Assembly: GCF_001194135.2 (NCBI RefSeq)
Contig: NC_068994.1
Span: forward strand, 28,856,399-28,920,398
DNA length: 64,000 nucleotides
Direction of reading: 5' to 3'
Origin: Octopus bimaculoides
Taxonomy: Eukaryota
The position numbers and the translations under genes were made by a program. Below, in pieces: positions 62,926-64,000 of the stretch; the stretch's first letter is position 1; each line of letters opens with the position of its first letter. The notes beneath the pieces were generated by a model. That model had not been told where the DNA came from, ran no database searches, and saw only the letters and a program-made list of their open reading frames with translations.

Positions 62926-64000
62926 TTGTTATTGTTATTATTATTATTGCTGCTGCTGCTGCTCCAGTGTTGTAGGCAGAATCATTAGAGCATCACACAA
63001 ATATCTCCAAGTGTTCTTGCAAATGTCAAATGTTGCCAATATCAACATTGCATTTCATCCTGCCATGGTTGATAAAATATGTATTCACATCCTTGTGAAT
63101 TTATTTATTTGAATGTGTACCAACCATTGGACCTAACTTGTGTTGTCTGACATGAAATTCTAATGAGAGTACAATGTAAACAGAAAGGGATAATGTTTAT
63201 GAAGTAGAAATAACTTTGCAGTAAATTTCGTCAGTAAAATAACTTTTCAATATTTATGTATCATTGTCACTATCATTATTGTTTTAAATGTTAACATCTG
63301 CTTTTCTGTGTTTGCATGCAGCAAATGGAATTTGTTGAAGCAGATTGTCCATACTGGATGCCCTTCCTCTCCCCAACCTTTACTTGTTTCCAGACAAATA
63401 TTTCCCCATAACCAGGCATGTCTCATGGACTGTTAGAAAGAAAGTGACACCACCTATAAGGTGACACTTTTAACTTACTATAGCTTGTCAAGAAAAGAAT
63501 ACACAAGTGCACACACACACACATGTATGTGTTGTGTATATGTATACAATGGACTTCTTTCAGTTTCCATCTACCAAATCCATTCATAAGGTTTTCGGCC
63601 AGCTGGGGCTATAGTAGAAGGCTCTTACCCCAAGATGCCATACAACAGGACTGAACTTGAAGCCACAAAGTTGGGAAACAAACTTCTTAACTACACAGCT
63701 GTGTATATGTGTGTGTGTATGTATGAATGTGTGAATATGATATATATATATATATTACGGAGATGTACTTGCATAGCAAGTGACCTGATCTGAGATCGTG
63801 TGCTGGAATGAAAACAATTGCAGCGTGGAAGGTGTTTATAAGCCATTTAAAATAACACACAAAATCCGTTAGATTCACTTCAACATTTAAATTTAATTTG
63901 TCAAAATATTTTCATCGCTTTGAGACCGCGACCTGTTCACTGACAAAATTCTGTGCTGCATCTGAGAAAGTAATAGTTAGTTCATGATATATATGTACAT

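Noticed and set aside
33100-64000. Downstream exons of the zinc-finger gene
   Set aside because: No acceptor followed by xCxxxF..H..H or TGEKP was found; the exons may lie in the gaps (40138-40957, 41961-42379) or beyond the window.

Overview
AT-rich animal genomic DNA with 13 N-gaps and dense (AT)n/(CA)n/(CT)n/(ATG)n microsatellites. The repeat content looks like an octopus (cephalopod) scaffold; that assignment is recognition from memory, not a database result. Only one host protein-coding exon is well supported: a C2H2 zinc-finger exon at 32249-32871 (+). Its first finger has lost its last His, its fifth finger is split by an intron, and candidate non-coding leader exons lie up to 10 kb upstream in a CpG-enriched zone. 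A second CpG-enriched zone at about 7.6-9.2 kb carries small exon-like units. Most of the rest is transposable-element material. DNA transposons: a Tc1-superfamily element with DD37E (TRT-like) spacing, TA-flanked TIRs and internal direct repeats (44092-45777), DD37D and DD34D mariner relics, a Helitron 3' fragment and TTAA-flanked MITEs. Retroelements: a Penelope-like GIY-YIG fragment, RTE, CR1-like, Tx1/L1-like and R4/Dong-like LINE relics, and many tRNA-derived SINE copies of at least five families. The most notable unexplained signals are several degenerate minimal hammerhead-ribozyme-like motifs (one inside a 240-bp loopless palindrome), other fold-back hairpins, a tandem tRNA-Thr-derived repeat and clear nested or tandem insertions. 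No CRISPR array, rRNA or intact tRNA gene was seen. All alignments and translations were done by eye.
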